A stretch of 26,996 nt of DNA from Fibrobacteria bacterium. GTDB taxonomy: Bacteria > Fibrobacterota > Fibrobacteria > UBA11236. The notes below the pieces were generated by a model. It saw only the letters and a program-made list of their open reading frames with translations, did no database searches and was not told the DNA's origin. The DNA lies in contig JBGTHM010000080.1 in the NCBI GenBank assembly GCA_041746255.1, positions 1 to 26,996 on the forward strand, given 5' to 3'. This document shows positions 15,399-24,803 of the stretch, in pieces. Position 1 is the first letter of the stretch. Each line of letters starts with the position of its first letter. Position numbers and translations under genes: made by a program.

Positions 15399-18300
15399 AT
15401 GCTTATGTCACGGTACTTGGCATCACTGGCGTTTTTCTGTTTTTTGCATCCGGTATATGCTGCAGATCTGCCCGCTTGCATCGATGGAATGGTTCTGCAT
15501 TCACAGGGGGAAATTATCCTGGGCGACCGGGGTAAAATACTCTCCGGTGGGGTGGGAGCCCATGGCGATATCCACATTGGAACCGGCCTCAAGGGCCACT
15601 CCAATTTCAAGGCCGGAGGGGATATTCTCGTCGCAAACAAGGTTAAAATTTTCGGCAATGCCCTTGCTGGCGGCAAAGTGGTGCTTTCGGACGGAGCGAA
15701 GGTTTTTGGAGCCATTGTAGAAGGCGAAGCATTACCTCCATGCGCCATATTCGTGGAACCCTTCACCGCTGGGAGTCAAAGCGTTCTGGTGAAATCGGGA
15801 AATTCCTTGGAACTACAGCCGGGGGACTATTCCGATTTATCCGTTCGCGGCCAGGGGCATTTACGGCTTACCTCGGGAATCTATCGCTTCAATGCCTTTT
15901 CGACGGAAGCGGGTGGGCACATACATTTGGATGCTGCAGCGGGTCCCATCCGGATCCTGGTGAAGTCAATGGAACTGGGTAGTCGAACCCGCATGCATAC
16001 CTCGGAGGACACTCTCCTGCATTCCATCGAGTTCCATTCATTGCAGGCATCCCCCATAGCGTTAGGGGCCGGCACCCATTTCCGAGGCGCCTTGGTCGCT
16101 CCCTTGGCCGAAATCAAGGTTGGGGTCGGAAGTATTCTGCGGGGCGCTTTTTGGGGAGGGCGGCTTGTCCTGGAGCCTGAGGTGAAGGTCTTTCATATTC
16201 ATGTTGGAGAAGGTCGGCAGGTGGTGGAAATCATCAGTCCCCCGGATGGATATATCACCCGGGAATATTCGGTGGGCGTAGAATGGATTGTCGATGGAGT
16301 TTCCCAAGCCACTCTGACTACCGAAGAGCTTCAGGTTGAAGGGGCTAATGAAATCATCCGCTGTGCGGGAACGGAATGTGCTCAAATTTCCGTTATTCGC
16401 GACACTCAGGCCCCGGTGGTGGTGATTACGAATCCGGGAGCGGATACCACGGTTGCTGAATCTCCTATCACCGTGGCTTATACTGTGGACGGAACTCTGC
16501 AGGATACCATCTGGGCACTGTCGGCGGGGGAAAACCTCTTGGTGGTGGAGGCTTTCGATGCGGCGGGAAACCGGGGTGTGGATTCCCTAAGGGTCAGGCT
16601 AGAGGCATTGGAGATGCTGACGGCGGTGGCCTCCGGGCCGGAAGGGGTTTTGTCATACACTTATTTTTCCTTGGATGCGCGGCAAAGCAGCTCTCCCCAG
16701 GGTACTCCCCTTCAATATCGTTGGAAACAGATAAGGGGAGAGCCGTTGGTGCTTTTCCATCCGGATCGATCGACTACGACGGGGCTGAGTCGCGGCCCGG
16801 ATATTCCGGCATTTGAATTGGAGGTACGGGATGCACTAGGCATGCTGGTCCCGGCCTTGGATACGGTGGCGATAACCGTGCGGGAAGCGGCCCACCCGGA
16901 AGAATTCCTGCAAGCCTTGCAAGCGGCGCAAAAAGTGCAGGATGGACCTTATCTCATGAGCCTTACCTCCGTGGGAGGGGAAGGAGCCTATTTTACGGCG
17001 GAGGATACACTATCCTTCAGCGGCACGGTATCGCGTGAAGACGGTCCTTTCGGCGTCATCCAATGGTTCTCCGCCTCGGCCTCCGGCGTGTTCAACCCAC
17101 AGGAGCTGGACTGGTCCGGATTGCTGGTGCCTTTATACGAGGGAGACAATCCGCTTACCTTCGTGTACTCCAAGGGGGGAAGGGTGGCGGTGGAAAGGGT
17201 GCTGGTAACCCACTCTACTGAATTGGAATTCGGAGAATTCCATCTCAGTCCGGATGTTCTGGAGGTGGGACGGCCGACGGATTTCCGGGTGCGGATCCCC
17301 ATCCAGGGCTCAGGTATCAACCGGGTAATTCTGGTGCGGTGGGGCGACTTCGAGCAGGAACTGGGTGATCTCCGGGACGATGGCGTGGGAGCGGATTCGC
17401 TGGCCGATGACGGCATATACTCGCTTGAGTTTTCGCTTACCCCCGTATCCGGCGAGGATTATTCCCTTCGCATCAAGGTGGTAGGGGATGGGGGCACGGA
17501 TTATTCCCGTATCCACTTCTTTTCGGCGCAGGAGCCGTTCTCAGACGCGGTTTATAATGAAATTCTCCAAGTCAATTCCCAAGCATCCTTCCTTTATGAT
17601 TCCCTTACGGCGGCTATAGGACGGGAGGCGGCCATGAATTTCGTGGCGGATTGGCTTATTGAACAACCCAATGTGATTGTCGCCGGAATCGGACCCGGAG
17701 GTCGGGCGATTTGTTGGCAATATGCGAGCGGAGTGCATGCCTTCATCAGCGATGCGCCGGAGGGTACGAAGGGAGGAACCAGGAAAATAAAAGTGAAGGG
17801 GCTTTCGCCATTTTTGTGGGAATTCAATGAGGTAGACAATTTTGGAGTGGTTCATGAGTTTGATGATGGCAGTGTCAGCTACAAGCCTATTCTTGGTGTT
17901 TTGAATCCCGTTGCTTATAGCGTTGATTCCTTGTTGGAAAATCGCACCTTTAGTGAAAAAAATGTTTCCATTGAAGATTGGAAGAATTGGGGCGGCTATA
18001 AAACAATAATGGTTTCCACTCATGGAAACACTTTCGGATACCAATCTCTCTCTCAAATCAGATACAAACCAACCCATGATCCCGAAAAAAATGGATCTTC
18101 TTATTGGGCCAAGCCCTACCTTTCCTTGGCAACCGGAATTGTCCTTGATCCCTTGAATAGGCCGCGCTATTGGAGCGAATTGAACTCCGGAGGTCCCTAT
18201 CCCCGCATGGTTGTTGAAGCTAGCTCCAATACTATCTGGCTCACGCCTACATTTTTCACCAAGTACAACAAGAACCTGGATGGCAGCCTTCTCTATATTT

Positions 18301-19667
18301 CCGCCTGCCGCGGCTTATATAATAATGGTCTTTGGGATGCGCTCCGCGCCAATGGCGATGATAAGATGGCGATGGTGGGCTACACGGAATACGTACTATC
18401 CGATTTTGCGAGTCAGGCTGGGAAGGTTCTCTATAAGGAGTTGACGCAAGGAACCGAATTAAAGGAGGCCATAGACTCTATCAGAGCATTCTGTTCCGGG
18501 AGCGGAGCACAATATTGTGGGGTGAGAGTAGGACGGGCCCATGACTTTTCGGATCCCGTTTCTCCGGCATTTCTGGAATGGCGCGGCAACAAGGACTACC
18601 ATCTGGTCTCCACCGACATTTATACCTGGGGAGGCAATAGGTGGGGACAACTTGGAAATGGAGAAAGGGATTTATCCAAAAATTCCGAAAACTGGACCCC
18701 GAACCGAATAATGAAAAAGGGCGGACTTAAAGTCGCAGCGGGAATTTCTAATGCACTTCTGCTTGCTGCGGATAGTTCAATCTGGTCCTGGGGCGCCAAT
18801 CATTCTGGGCAACTGGGTTTTGGTGATACCGCGACAAGAACTGTCCCGACCCAAATCCCAGGATTGGACAATGTGATAGACATATTTTCCGGCAGTGATG
18901 CCCACCACAACCTGGCATTGCTTGCGGATAGCACTTTGCGCGCATGGGGGTTTAACCGGTACGGGCAGCTTGGCGTAGGTCATATTAATGAATTCATACC
19001 GGTTCCCACGGCGGTTCACGGTTCCCGAAAATTCATACAGGTTGCGCCGGCTTTCTCCCACACCCTCGCTATAAGCGCCGACAGCACTTTATGGGCGTGG
19101 GGAACCGAGGAAAATGGTTCATTCGGAGACGGAATTGAAAGGAGTGTCACGCCGATACCTATGTCCGTGTCGTCAATGGGAAAAGTCGTACAGGTTGCAA
19201 TCGGGATTCCTTACGCACAATATGTTCTCAAAGCAGACAGTACATTATGGGCTTGGGGTACCAATTACGCCGGCAAGGTGGGCAATGGCAATTCAGATGT
19301 GCAATTTACACCCGTAGAGGTTTTGAAAAATGTAACGGAGATATCCTATCGTGATTTTCCCGTAGCCATTCGGGATGACAGTACAGTATGGACATGGGGA
19401 GATGGAGAATATTTAGGCGATGGTGTATGGACGCGTATGACACCGACCAAGGTTCCGGAAATCACGGGAGCTGTAGCCACTTCCTCAGGAAACCAATATC
19501 AGTTGATAGTAACTGCCAAGGGCGAGGTCTGGAGCTTCGGTAATAATAATGAAGGTATGCTGGGAGACGGGACTGAGGAGAGTCGTTCAAGGCCGGTCAA
19601 AGTCAAGAAGGTGACAACCGCGACATCCGTGGCGGCGGGATTCGATTCCGGGGTCGCACTGGAGTAA
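15399..19667 (+). CDS. Large secreted multidomain protein: beta-solenoid, Ig/PKD domains, DDG-motif domain, caspase/gingipain-fold-like domain, C-terminal RCC1 repeats
   Basis: Signal peptide. Solenoid end GALVAPLAEIKVG…GAFWG. Ig-like RDTQAPVVVITNP and AFDAAGNRG. PKD-like LDARQSSSPQGTPLQYRWKQ. LRDDGVGADSLADDGIYS. IMVSTHG…LLYISAC. About seven WG-N-xGQLG RCC1 repeats from ~18620. Confidence 0.88.
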   Translation: MLMSRYLASLAFFCFLHPVYAADLPACIDGMVLHSQGEIILGDRGKILSGGVGAHGDIHIGTGLKGHSNFKAGGDILVANKVKIFGNALAGGKVVLSDGAKVFGAIVEGEALPPCAIFVEPFTAGSQSVLVKSGNSLELQPGDYSDLSVRGQGHLRLTSGIYRFNAFSTEAGGHIHLDAAAGPIRILVKSMELGSRTRMHTSEDTLLHSIEFHSLQASPIALGAGTHFRGALVAPLAEIKVGVGSILRGAFWGGRLVLEPEVKVFHIHVGEGRQVVEIISPPDGYITREYSVGVEWIVDGVSQATLTTEELQVEGANEIIRCAGTECAQISVIRDTQAPVVVITNPGADTTVAESPITVAYTVDGTLQDTIWALSAGENLLVVEAFDAAGNRGVDSLRVRLEALEMLTAVASGPEGVLSYTYFSLDARQSSSPQGTPLQYRWKQIRGEPLVLFHPDRSTTTGLSRGPDIPAFELEVRDALGMLVPALDTVAITVREAAHPEEFLQALQAAQKVQDGPYLMSLTSVGGEGAYFTAEDTLSFSGTVSREDGPFGVIQWFSASASGVFNPQELDWSGLLVPLYEGDNPLTFVYSKGGRVAVERVLVTHSTELEFGEFHLSPDVLEVGRPTDFRVRIPIQGSGINRVILVRWGDFEQELGDLRDDGVGADSLADDGIYSLEFSLTPVSGEDYSLRIKVVGDGGTDYSRIHFFSAQEPFSDAVYNEILQVNSQASFLYDSLTAAIGREAAMNFVADWLIEQPNVIVAGIGPGGRAICWQYASGVHAFISDAPEGTKGGTRKIKVKGLSPFLWEFNEVDNFGVVHEFDDGSVSYKPILGVLNPVAYSVDSLLENRTFSEKNVSIEDWKNWGGYKTIMVSTHGNTFGYQSLSQIRYKPTHDPEKNGSSYWAKPYLSLATGIVLDPLNRPRYWSELNSGGPYPRMVVEASSNTIWLTPTFFTKYNKNLDGSLLYISACRGLYNNGLWDALRANGDDKMAMVGYTEYVLSDFASQAGKVLYKELTQGTELKEAIDSIRAFCSGSGAQYCGVRVGRAHDFSDPVSPAFLEWRGNKDYHLVSTDIYTWGGNRWGQLGNGERDLSKNSENWTPNRIMKKGGLKVAAGISNALLLAADSSIWSWGANHSGQLGFGDTATRTVPTQIPGLDNVIDIFSGSDAHHNLALLADSTLRAWGFNRYGQLGVGHINEFIPVPTAVHGSRKFIQVAPAFSHTLAISADSTLWAWGTEENGSFGDGIERSVTPIPMSVSSMGKVVQVAIGIPYAQYVLKADSTLWAWGTNYAGKVGNGNSDVQFTPVEVLKNVTEISYRDFPVAIRDDSTVWTWGDGEYLGDGVWTRMTPTKVPEITGAVATSSGNQYQLIVTAKGEVWSFGNNNEGMLGDGTEESRSRPVKVKKVTTATSVAAGFDSGVALE

Positions 19668-19676
19668 GGGCGCAAT

Positions 19677-19720
19677 CCAGAGCAAGGCGGCTGGAAACGG
19701 TCGTCTTGCTCTGGTTCTTT
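19677..19720 (+). terminator. Intrinsic terminator-like hairpin after the RCC1-repeat gene
   Basis: CCAGAGCAAGGCGGCTG-GAAA-CGGTCGTCTTGCTCTGG: a 17-bp stem with G-U pairs, followed by TTCTTT, about 10 nt after the stop. Confidence 0.7.
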
Positions 19721-19748
19721 GCATTCAGCGGAAATCCTTCCACCTTCT

Positions 19749-19799
19749 TCCTACTTGTTAAAATAAGTGAAACAAATTTAAAATATGAGAAAAATCCCA
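19749..19799. repeat. 51-bp AT-rich direct repeat, copy 2
   Basis: TCCTACTTGTTAAAATAAGTGAAACAAATTTAAAATATGAGAAAAATCCCA, offset 6366 bp from copy 1. Confidence 0.9.
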
Positions 19800-19891
19800 T
19801 TTGAAATGGCTTGCCTGCCATCACCTGGCTTCGCATTGCACGTCAATTGTAAAAATTGAATGGGAAGGGTAAAAACAAATGGTCGATGGAA

Positions 19892-20104
19892 TTATAGCAG
19901 GCCGTCTCCGTTTGCGCCGGCGGTATGCTCCATGGCTTCCCGCAGAGTGTTGTTGATGAGGGTCTGGTAAGGGATATGCTTGCGAATGGAAAGGGCCTGG
20001 AAATGCTGCAAGACATCGGCATCCAGGCGTAGGGTCTTTTGCACCTTGTTCTTGCGGTAGAACTTCCCGCGCTCCCCTCCGCTGAAATCGTACTCCTTCT
20101 TCAT
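19892..20104 (-). CDS. brnA: BrnA-family antitoxin (RHH), no intact toxin partner visible
   Basis: MKKEYDFSGGERGKFY…TLRLDADVLQHF…PYQTLINNTLR is the characteristic BrnA pattern. Confidence 0.88.
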   Translation of the reverse strand: MKKEYDFSGGERGKFYRKNKVQKTLRLDADVLQHFQALSIRKHIPYQTLINNTLREAMEHTAGANGDGLL

Positions 20105-20301
20105 CTCCTGTCTCCTATGTCGGGCTTAACGTCCGGTCGGTTCCTTAATCTCTTCCCGGGTGGGCCCCGGCTTCTGCTGCGAAGGAGCAGGAAAGTCCCC
20201 TCACCCGCGCCAGACCGGAATCCACCTGCCTGGCGGCAAGGGCGCGTATGGCCTCCGGCTCCCCAAAGCGCACCGCCAAGAGTGCAAAACCTCCAAAAAA
20301 A

Positions 20302-20347
20302 TGTGTACACAAATGATACACAATTTCCTCCAAAAGACGTATACTAT
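20302..20347. promoter_or_regulatory. Putative toxin-antitoxin operator/promoter
   Basis: Perfect palindrome TGTGTACACA (20302-20311), a further TACACA half-site, and a TACTAT -10-like hexamer (20342-20347) between divergent antitoxin genes. Confidence 0.5.
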
Positions 20348-20367
20348 TAGAAAAGGCCGGAGGGGCT

Positions 20368-20637
20368 ATGAAACAGATGATATCGATACGGGAGTTTCGC
20401 GGTGAGCTTTCGGGCGTTCTGGACGGAAAAAAACCAATCCTTCTCACCAGCCATGGCCACGCCAAAGCCATGATATACCCGTTGGAGGCGGGTGCTGAGG
20501 TGCCGATGGATGTGAAGCGCGATGCGTTCCAGATATTGGCTCAGCAGATCTCCAAGAAAACCGCCGATATTGACGAAAAAGAAATGTTGAGGGACTTTGA
20601 AGCCTGGCGTAAGCAGCGTCGTCGTAGCAGACGCTAA
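20368..20637 (+). CDS. Phd/YefM-like antitoxin
   Basis: N-terminus ISIREFRGELSGVLDGKKPILLTSHGHAKAMIYPL fits the Phd fold. GGAGG RBS. Overlaps the PIN gene. Confidence 0.8.
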   Translation: MKQMISIREFRGELSGVLDGKKPILLTSHGHAKAMIYPLEAGAEVPMDVKRDAFQILAQQISKKTADIDEKEMLRDFEAWRKQRRRSRR

Positions 20638-21013
20638 CGTTCTTCTCTCGGCCATTGCGGGTCGCGCAGCAAGCCGGGTACTCTATTCCGGGCTGGAAAT
20701 CCATACGACGGAGCATACATGGGCCGAAGTGAAGGAATATGTGCCTGTCTTTCAGGAACGTTATAAAAGGACCATTGAGGAAATGGAAATGGCGCTCCAG
20801 GCGGCCCCTGTCAATATCCACAAGCGAAATGTTTATGCCGATCAGCTTTTGAATGCGGAGCGCATCATTGCGGACAAAGATCCGGATGATGTGGACCTGT
20901 TGGCTTTGGCCCTAAAGTTGGAAACTCCCATTTGGAGCAATGATAATCACTTCAAGGATCTTCCCCTTAAACGCTATACGACAGCGGAACTTCTTAATGC
21001 CCTAGGAATGTAA
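20597..21013 (+). CDS. PIN-domain (VapC-like) toxin
   Basis: Acidic PIN motifs VVADANVLLS, DKDPDDVDLLALAL and IWSNDNHF. TTG start with GAGGGA upstream. Confidence 0.9.
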   Translation: MKPGVSSVVVADANVLLSAIAGRAASRVLYSGLEIHTTEHTWAEVKEYVPVFQERYKRTIEEMEMALQAAPVNIHKRNVYADQLLNAERIIADKDPDDVDLLALALKLETPIWSNDNHFKDLPLKRYTTAELLNALGM

Positions 21014-21092
21014 ACTTTCCGCCCGGGTGGGCGCGGCTTAAGCGCCAAAATGTAAATGCCGCCGAAATCTCCGCAGCGCCGACTGTAGGTCG

Positions 21093-21794
21093 TTAGAAAT
21101 AGTTCCCGGAAACCACTTCGTTGATCATCTCAAAATATTCATTCTCGCGATTCACCAAGTCGAGGGGCTTATTGATGAACTCGTAAAAGCGGTGGCGGCT
21201 GAGCGAGGTTTTCATCAAGTCTGCGTCGCCGGCGGGGTTGCCGGTCACCATGATGAATTTCAGAAAAGGGCGGGTCCGCTTGGCGGCGTCGCATAACTCC
21301 GTTCCCGTCATGGCGGGCATCATCTCGTCGGTTAAAACCAAGACCACGTTCGAATCGGTGCGGATATATTCCAGGGCTTCCAGAGGGTTTTCGAAAGTCT
21401 TGAGATTGAAACGCTTTCCGAACTTGCGGCGGAAGATAAACAGGTTCTCTTCTTCGTCGTCCACATAGACCACCACCGGATTGGGAACTTCGTGGTGGAT
21501 GCTCGCGCTGATATGCGTCACCAGGTGATCGATGGTCTTGTAGGTGTTCATGTCCATGGGAGTGTCTTTGAAATGCTGCTGCATGTTGTACAGCAATTCA
21601 ACGTTGATGGTGAAGCCGCCGAACCGGTATTTCAATTCCTGACCCAGAATCCTGACCGTATCTTCATTGATACCCGCGTCTTCCAGAAGCGTATCGAAGG
21701 TTAGCTTCTCGACGCGAAGTTCGAACTTGGGATTTTGTATGGCGAGGTTGCTCAGGATTTCACTGAGTATTTCCAGAATACGCTCACGTGTCAT
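21093..21794 (-). CDS. Response-regulator receiver domain with an N-terminal acyl-carrier-protein-like domain
   Basis: REC motifs YVDDEEEN, VLTDEMMPAMTG, IMVTG and INKP. The N-terminal ~100 aa follow the ACP pattern (RILEILSE…DTLLEDAGINEDTVRILGQELKYRFG…KTIDHLVTHI). Confidence 0.85.
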   Translation of the reverse strand: MTRERILEILSEILSNLAIQNPKFELRVEKLTFDTLLEDAGINEDTVRILGQELKYRFGGFTINVELLYNMQQHFKDTPMDMNTYKTIDHLVTHISASIHHEVPNPVVVYVDDEEENLFIFRRKFGKRFNLKTFENPLEALEYIRTDSNVVLVLTDEMMPAMTGTELCDAAKRTRPFLKFIMVTGNPAGDADLMKTSLSRHRFYEFINKPLDLVNRENEYFEMINEVVSGNYF

Positions 21795-21990
21795 TCTTCA
21801 GACTCCTGGGAACGGAAAATGCGAAAGATAATAACCGGCTTTCTCCATGCAACCGGCTGATAAAGTATAGCCTCGCTAACGACCAGGATAGGTGGGGAAA
21901 ATCACCTCAAATACCCTGGTTTTAAGGAATTTGAGGCACGGGGAAAGGCATCGGAAATTTGGCACCCCTTACCAGGGTGGTTTTCCGCTC

Positions 21991-23127
21991 TCAAGGCTCG
22001 ATGGTTTCGGGTTTACCCCTCTGCAGCTGAATTACCTCTTGTAGGCCGATAATGCCTTCGAATTCCGGTTGAATCGCCTGAATGAAAGCGTTCTGCAACA
22101 AATTGATGACCAGGGCCCACACTCCCACCTCCGGGTTTTCGATGCTGCCGCGAAAGGGAATCCGGGTCGCGACCTGCTCTTCTTCGGGGTTTTCCAGAAT
22201 CCGGGTTAATCCGCTGGCCACGGCTCCCCAAATCCTTTCCAGAATACCCGGATCTTCTCTGGGGGTAACATTCAAGTTTTCAATCGCAGGCGTAACATAT
22301 CCTTGAAACCGGTTCTCGGCGACTGCAATTTCCGTTACGATGGTTAGCTTTCCTTCTTCAACCTTAAGCTTGGCGAACTGCTCGAAATAATCGTTCAACA
22401 AATTCAACCTCAAAGTGTCGAGAGCGGCCTTCAAAGTAAATGTAGGGGTGAGGGCCAGTGCGTTCACGCGCATATCCAGATTTAGCGGCGCTTGATCTTC
22501 CACCAATGCCCTGGCAATAACGGTGGAGGGTAGGGGATCGTTTTCCCCTTCGACATTGGTCAAATTGGTGGCTTCCAGGTTCATACTGGTAATGCGGATA
22601 TCCAAGGGAGGTGTGGTGGTGGGATCCAAAAAATGCAACGTCCCTTCGCGGATGGTAAAACGGTTCAGCTCGAAGGGAAAAAGTTCGCGTACCTGCTCTT
22701 GCCAAATCACGTCCACGTCGTCGGTTTGCTTTTCTATCTGGTCGATACGTAAATTGACTTCGGGGCGGTCCAACACCAGTTCGACCACCAACTTCCCCTT
22801 GAACAGCGCCCGCCATTCCATGCGGATATCGAAGGCCTGGGCCGCAAATAGCGGGGCTTCGGATTCAGGCGCTTCGGCGCGGCGGAGTTCGATATTCTCG
22901 ATTTGATAAGCGCCCCGCAGAATCTGAAGGCTTACGGCTCCGACATGGCCGTCATAATCCGGGTTTTTGTCCAGCGTTCGATTGGCATAGTCCTGGATAT
23001 AATGGGGGAGATACAGCCGCAGGGCGATCAACACTGTCGCCACTACCAACAGGACCACCACAATGATTTTCGTCGCTTGCGATGCGCGTGAACCGGTATA
23101 TTTTTTAGTGTCGCGGTATTTAGGCAT
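21991..23127 (-). CDS. DUF748 (AsmA-like) domain protein
   Basis: Single N-terminal TM. Motifs RLYLP…YDGHVGAVSL.ILRGAY, ATNLTN, QVATRIPFRG and LLQNAFIQAI are typical of this family. Confidence 0.8.
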   Translation of the reverse strand: MPKYRDTKKYTGSRASQATKIIVVVLLVVATVLIALRLYLPHYIQDYANRTLDKNPDYDGHVGAVSLQILRGAYQIENIELRRAEAPESEAPLFAAQAFDIRMEWRALFKGKLVVELVLDRPEVNLRIDQIEKQTDDVDVIWQEQVRELFPFELNRFTIREGTLHFLDPTTTPPLDIRITSMNLEATNLTNVEGENDPLPSTVIARALVEDQAPLNLDMRVNALALTPTFTLKAALDTLRLNLLNDYFEQFAKLKVEEGKLTIVTEIAVAENRFQGYVTPAIENLNVTPREDPGILERIWGAVASGLTRILENPEEEQVATRIPFRGSIENPEVGVWALVINLLQNAFIQAIQPEFEGIIGLQEVIQLQRGKPETIEP

Positions 23128-23290
23128 TTTCCATGGTCTCCCCGCTGAAAATATCTGACGGAATCAACGAGGGCAAGAAAAGAATGCCGCAAACCGGCTC
23201 GGTTAATGGAGATGCGGAAATAACCTGACCAGGTTCGGTTCGAGATTATAATTTGGGACAATGGGGTTGGTTATCCCGGAGGTTTACCGC

Positions 23291-24718
23291 ATGTCCGATA
23301 TCCATCCATTTCTGTTACAAGGTAAAGATTCGGCTTCAAACCTTATCCACTCCCTGCAAGGGCCGCTCGACAACTCTCCCCATGCGCAAGTTTACCTGGC
23401 CGAACCTGCGCAAATCGAAGCCGCCCTGGCCACCGCCGCTTCCGCGTTTCCCATCACTCGCTCCCTGCCCACCTATGCGCGCGCCGACTTGCTGGAACGG
23501 GTGCGCGCCGCGTTACGCGACCAGGCCGAAGAATTCGCCCAACTTATCACCCGCGAAACCGCCAAACCCATTCGCTATGCCCGCGCCGAAGTGGAGCGCG
23601 CCGTGGCCACCTTCACCGATGCCTGGCGCGTCTCGCTGGGCGAAAGAGGGGAGTGGCTGCCCCTGGACTGGAACCCGGCTTCGCAAGGCCGCTCCGCCCT
23701 GGTCCGGCGCGTTCCCCGTGGGCCGTTAACCGCCATAACCCCTTTCAACTTCCCCCTCAACTTAGTCGCCCATAAAATCGCCCCCGCCCTGGTGTGCGGC
23801 TGTCCGATTTTACTCAAGCCCGCGCCGCAAGCCCCCCTGACCGCCCTGCGACTGGCCAGGCTCATTCTCAGCGCCGACAGCGACCGAATCCTCCCTCCTG
23901 GGGCCTTGCAAGTGCTGCCCTGCGAAAACGACGTAGCTCAGCCCCTTATCACCGACGAGCGGGTGAAATTTTTGACCTTCACGGGAAGCGCCGCGGTAGG
24001 GTGGAAGCTGAAACACATGGCCGACAACAAACCCGCCGCCCTGGAGCTGGGAGGCAATGCGGCCGTTCTGATTGAGCCCGACGCGGACCTTAGCCATGCC
24101 GCAGAGCGATGCGCGCAAGGAGGGTTTGCTTTTGCCGGGCAGAGCTGTATTTCGGTACAACGGATTTATGTGCATCAGTCGGTCGGCGAAGAGTTTGCGC
24201 GCCTCCTGGTGGAAAAAACCCGGGCGCTTAAAGTGGGAAACCCCCTTGAAGACGACACGGAAGTGGGGCCGATGATTAGCATAGCCGAAGCCGAGCGAGC
24301 CGAAAGTTGGGTGCGGGAAGCCGGGGGAGAGGTGCTTCTCGGGGGTGAGCGCCAGGGCGCTTATTTCCCGCCGACAATTCTCAGAAACGTGCGGGAAAAT
24401 GCCAAGGTTATTTGTGAAGAGATATTTGCACCTGTAGTAATTATCGAGACTTACGATGATTTCGCCTATGCTTTGGCCCGCGCGGATTCCACCCGCTATG
24501 GCTTGCAGGCGGGACTGTTCACCCATGACCAAGGCAAGGTGGCGCAAGCCTTTTCTGCCCTGGAAGTCGGCGCCCTGGTGGTGAACGATGTGCCGACTTA
24601 TCGCGCGGACGTCATGCCGTATGGGGGCGTGAAAGATTCCGGCCTCGGGCGCGAAGGGGTGGCCTATGCCCTCGAAGAAATGACCGTGCGCAAAACCCTG
24701 GTTTATGCCGGTTTTTAG
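23291..24718 (+). CDS. NAD(P)-dependent aldehyde dehydrogenase
   Basis: ITPFNFPLNL, FTGS, LELGGN (catalytic Glu), GQSCIS (catalytic Cys), EEIFAP and PYGGVKDSGLGREG. ATG 23291 has a GGAGG RBS; the ORF track start is 23261. Confidence 0.95.
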   Translation: MSDIHPFLLQGKDSASNLIHSLQGPLDNSPHAQVYLAEPAQIEAALATAASAFPITRSLPTYARADLLERVRAALRDQAEEFAQLITRETAKPIRYARAEVERAVATFTDAWRVSLGERGEWLPLDWNPASQGRSALVRRVPRGPLTAITPFNFPLNLVAHKIAPALVCGCPILLKPAPQAPLTALRLARLILSADSDRILPPGALQVLPCENDVAQPLITDERVKFLTFTGSAAVGWKLKHMADNKPAALELGGNAAVLIEPDADLSHAAERCAQGGFAFAGQSCISVQRIYVHQSVGEEFARLLVEKTRALKVGNPLEDDTEVGPMISIAEAERAESWVREAGGEVLLGGERQGAYFPPTILRNVRENAKVICEEIFAPVVIIETYDDFAYALARADSTRYGLQAGLFTHDQGKVAQAFSALEVGALVVNDVPTYRADVMPYGGVKDSGLGREGVAYALEEMTVRKTLVYAGF

Positions 24719-24803
24719 GCCGCTGTGCGTCTATCTCGTCCAAAATCAATGACTTACCGGGGTGTTGCAAATCCCTTCCGTTTATGGGACCATCAACCTC
24801 GGA

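Noticed and set aside
20101..20310. 69-aa ORF upstream of brnA as the BrnT toxin
   Set aside because: Gly/Arg-rich, with none of the BrnT motifs (FEWD..K, N..KHG, RIISAR) despite the ATGA overlap.
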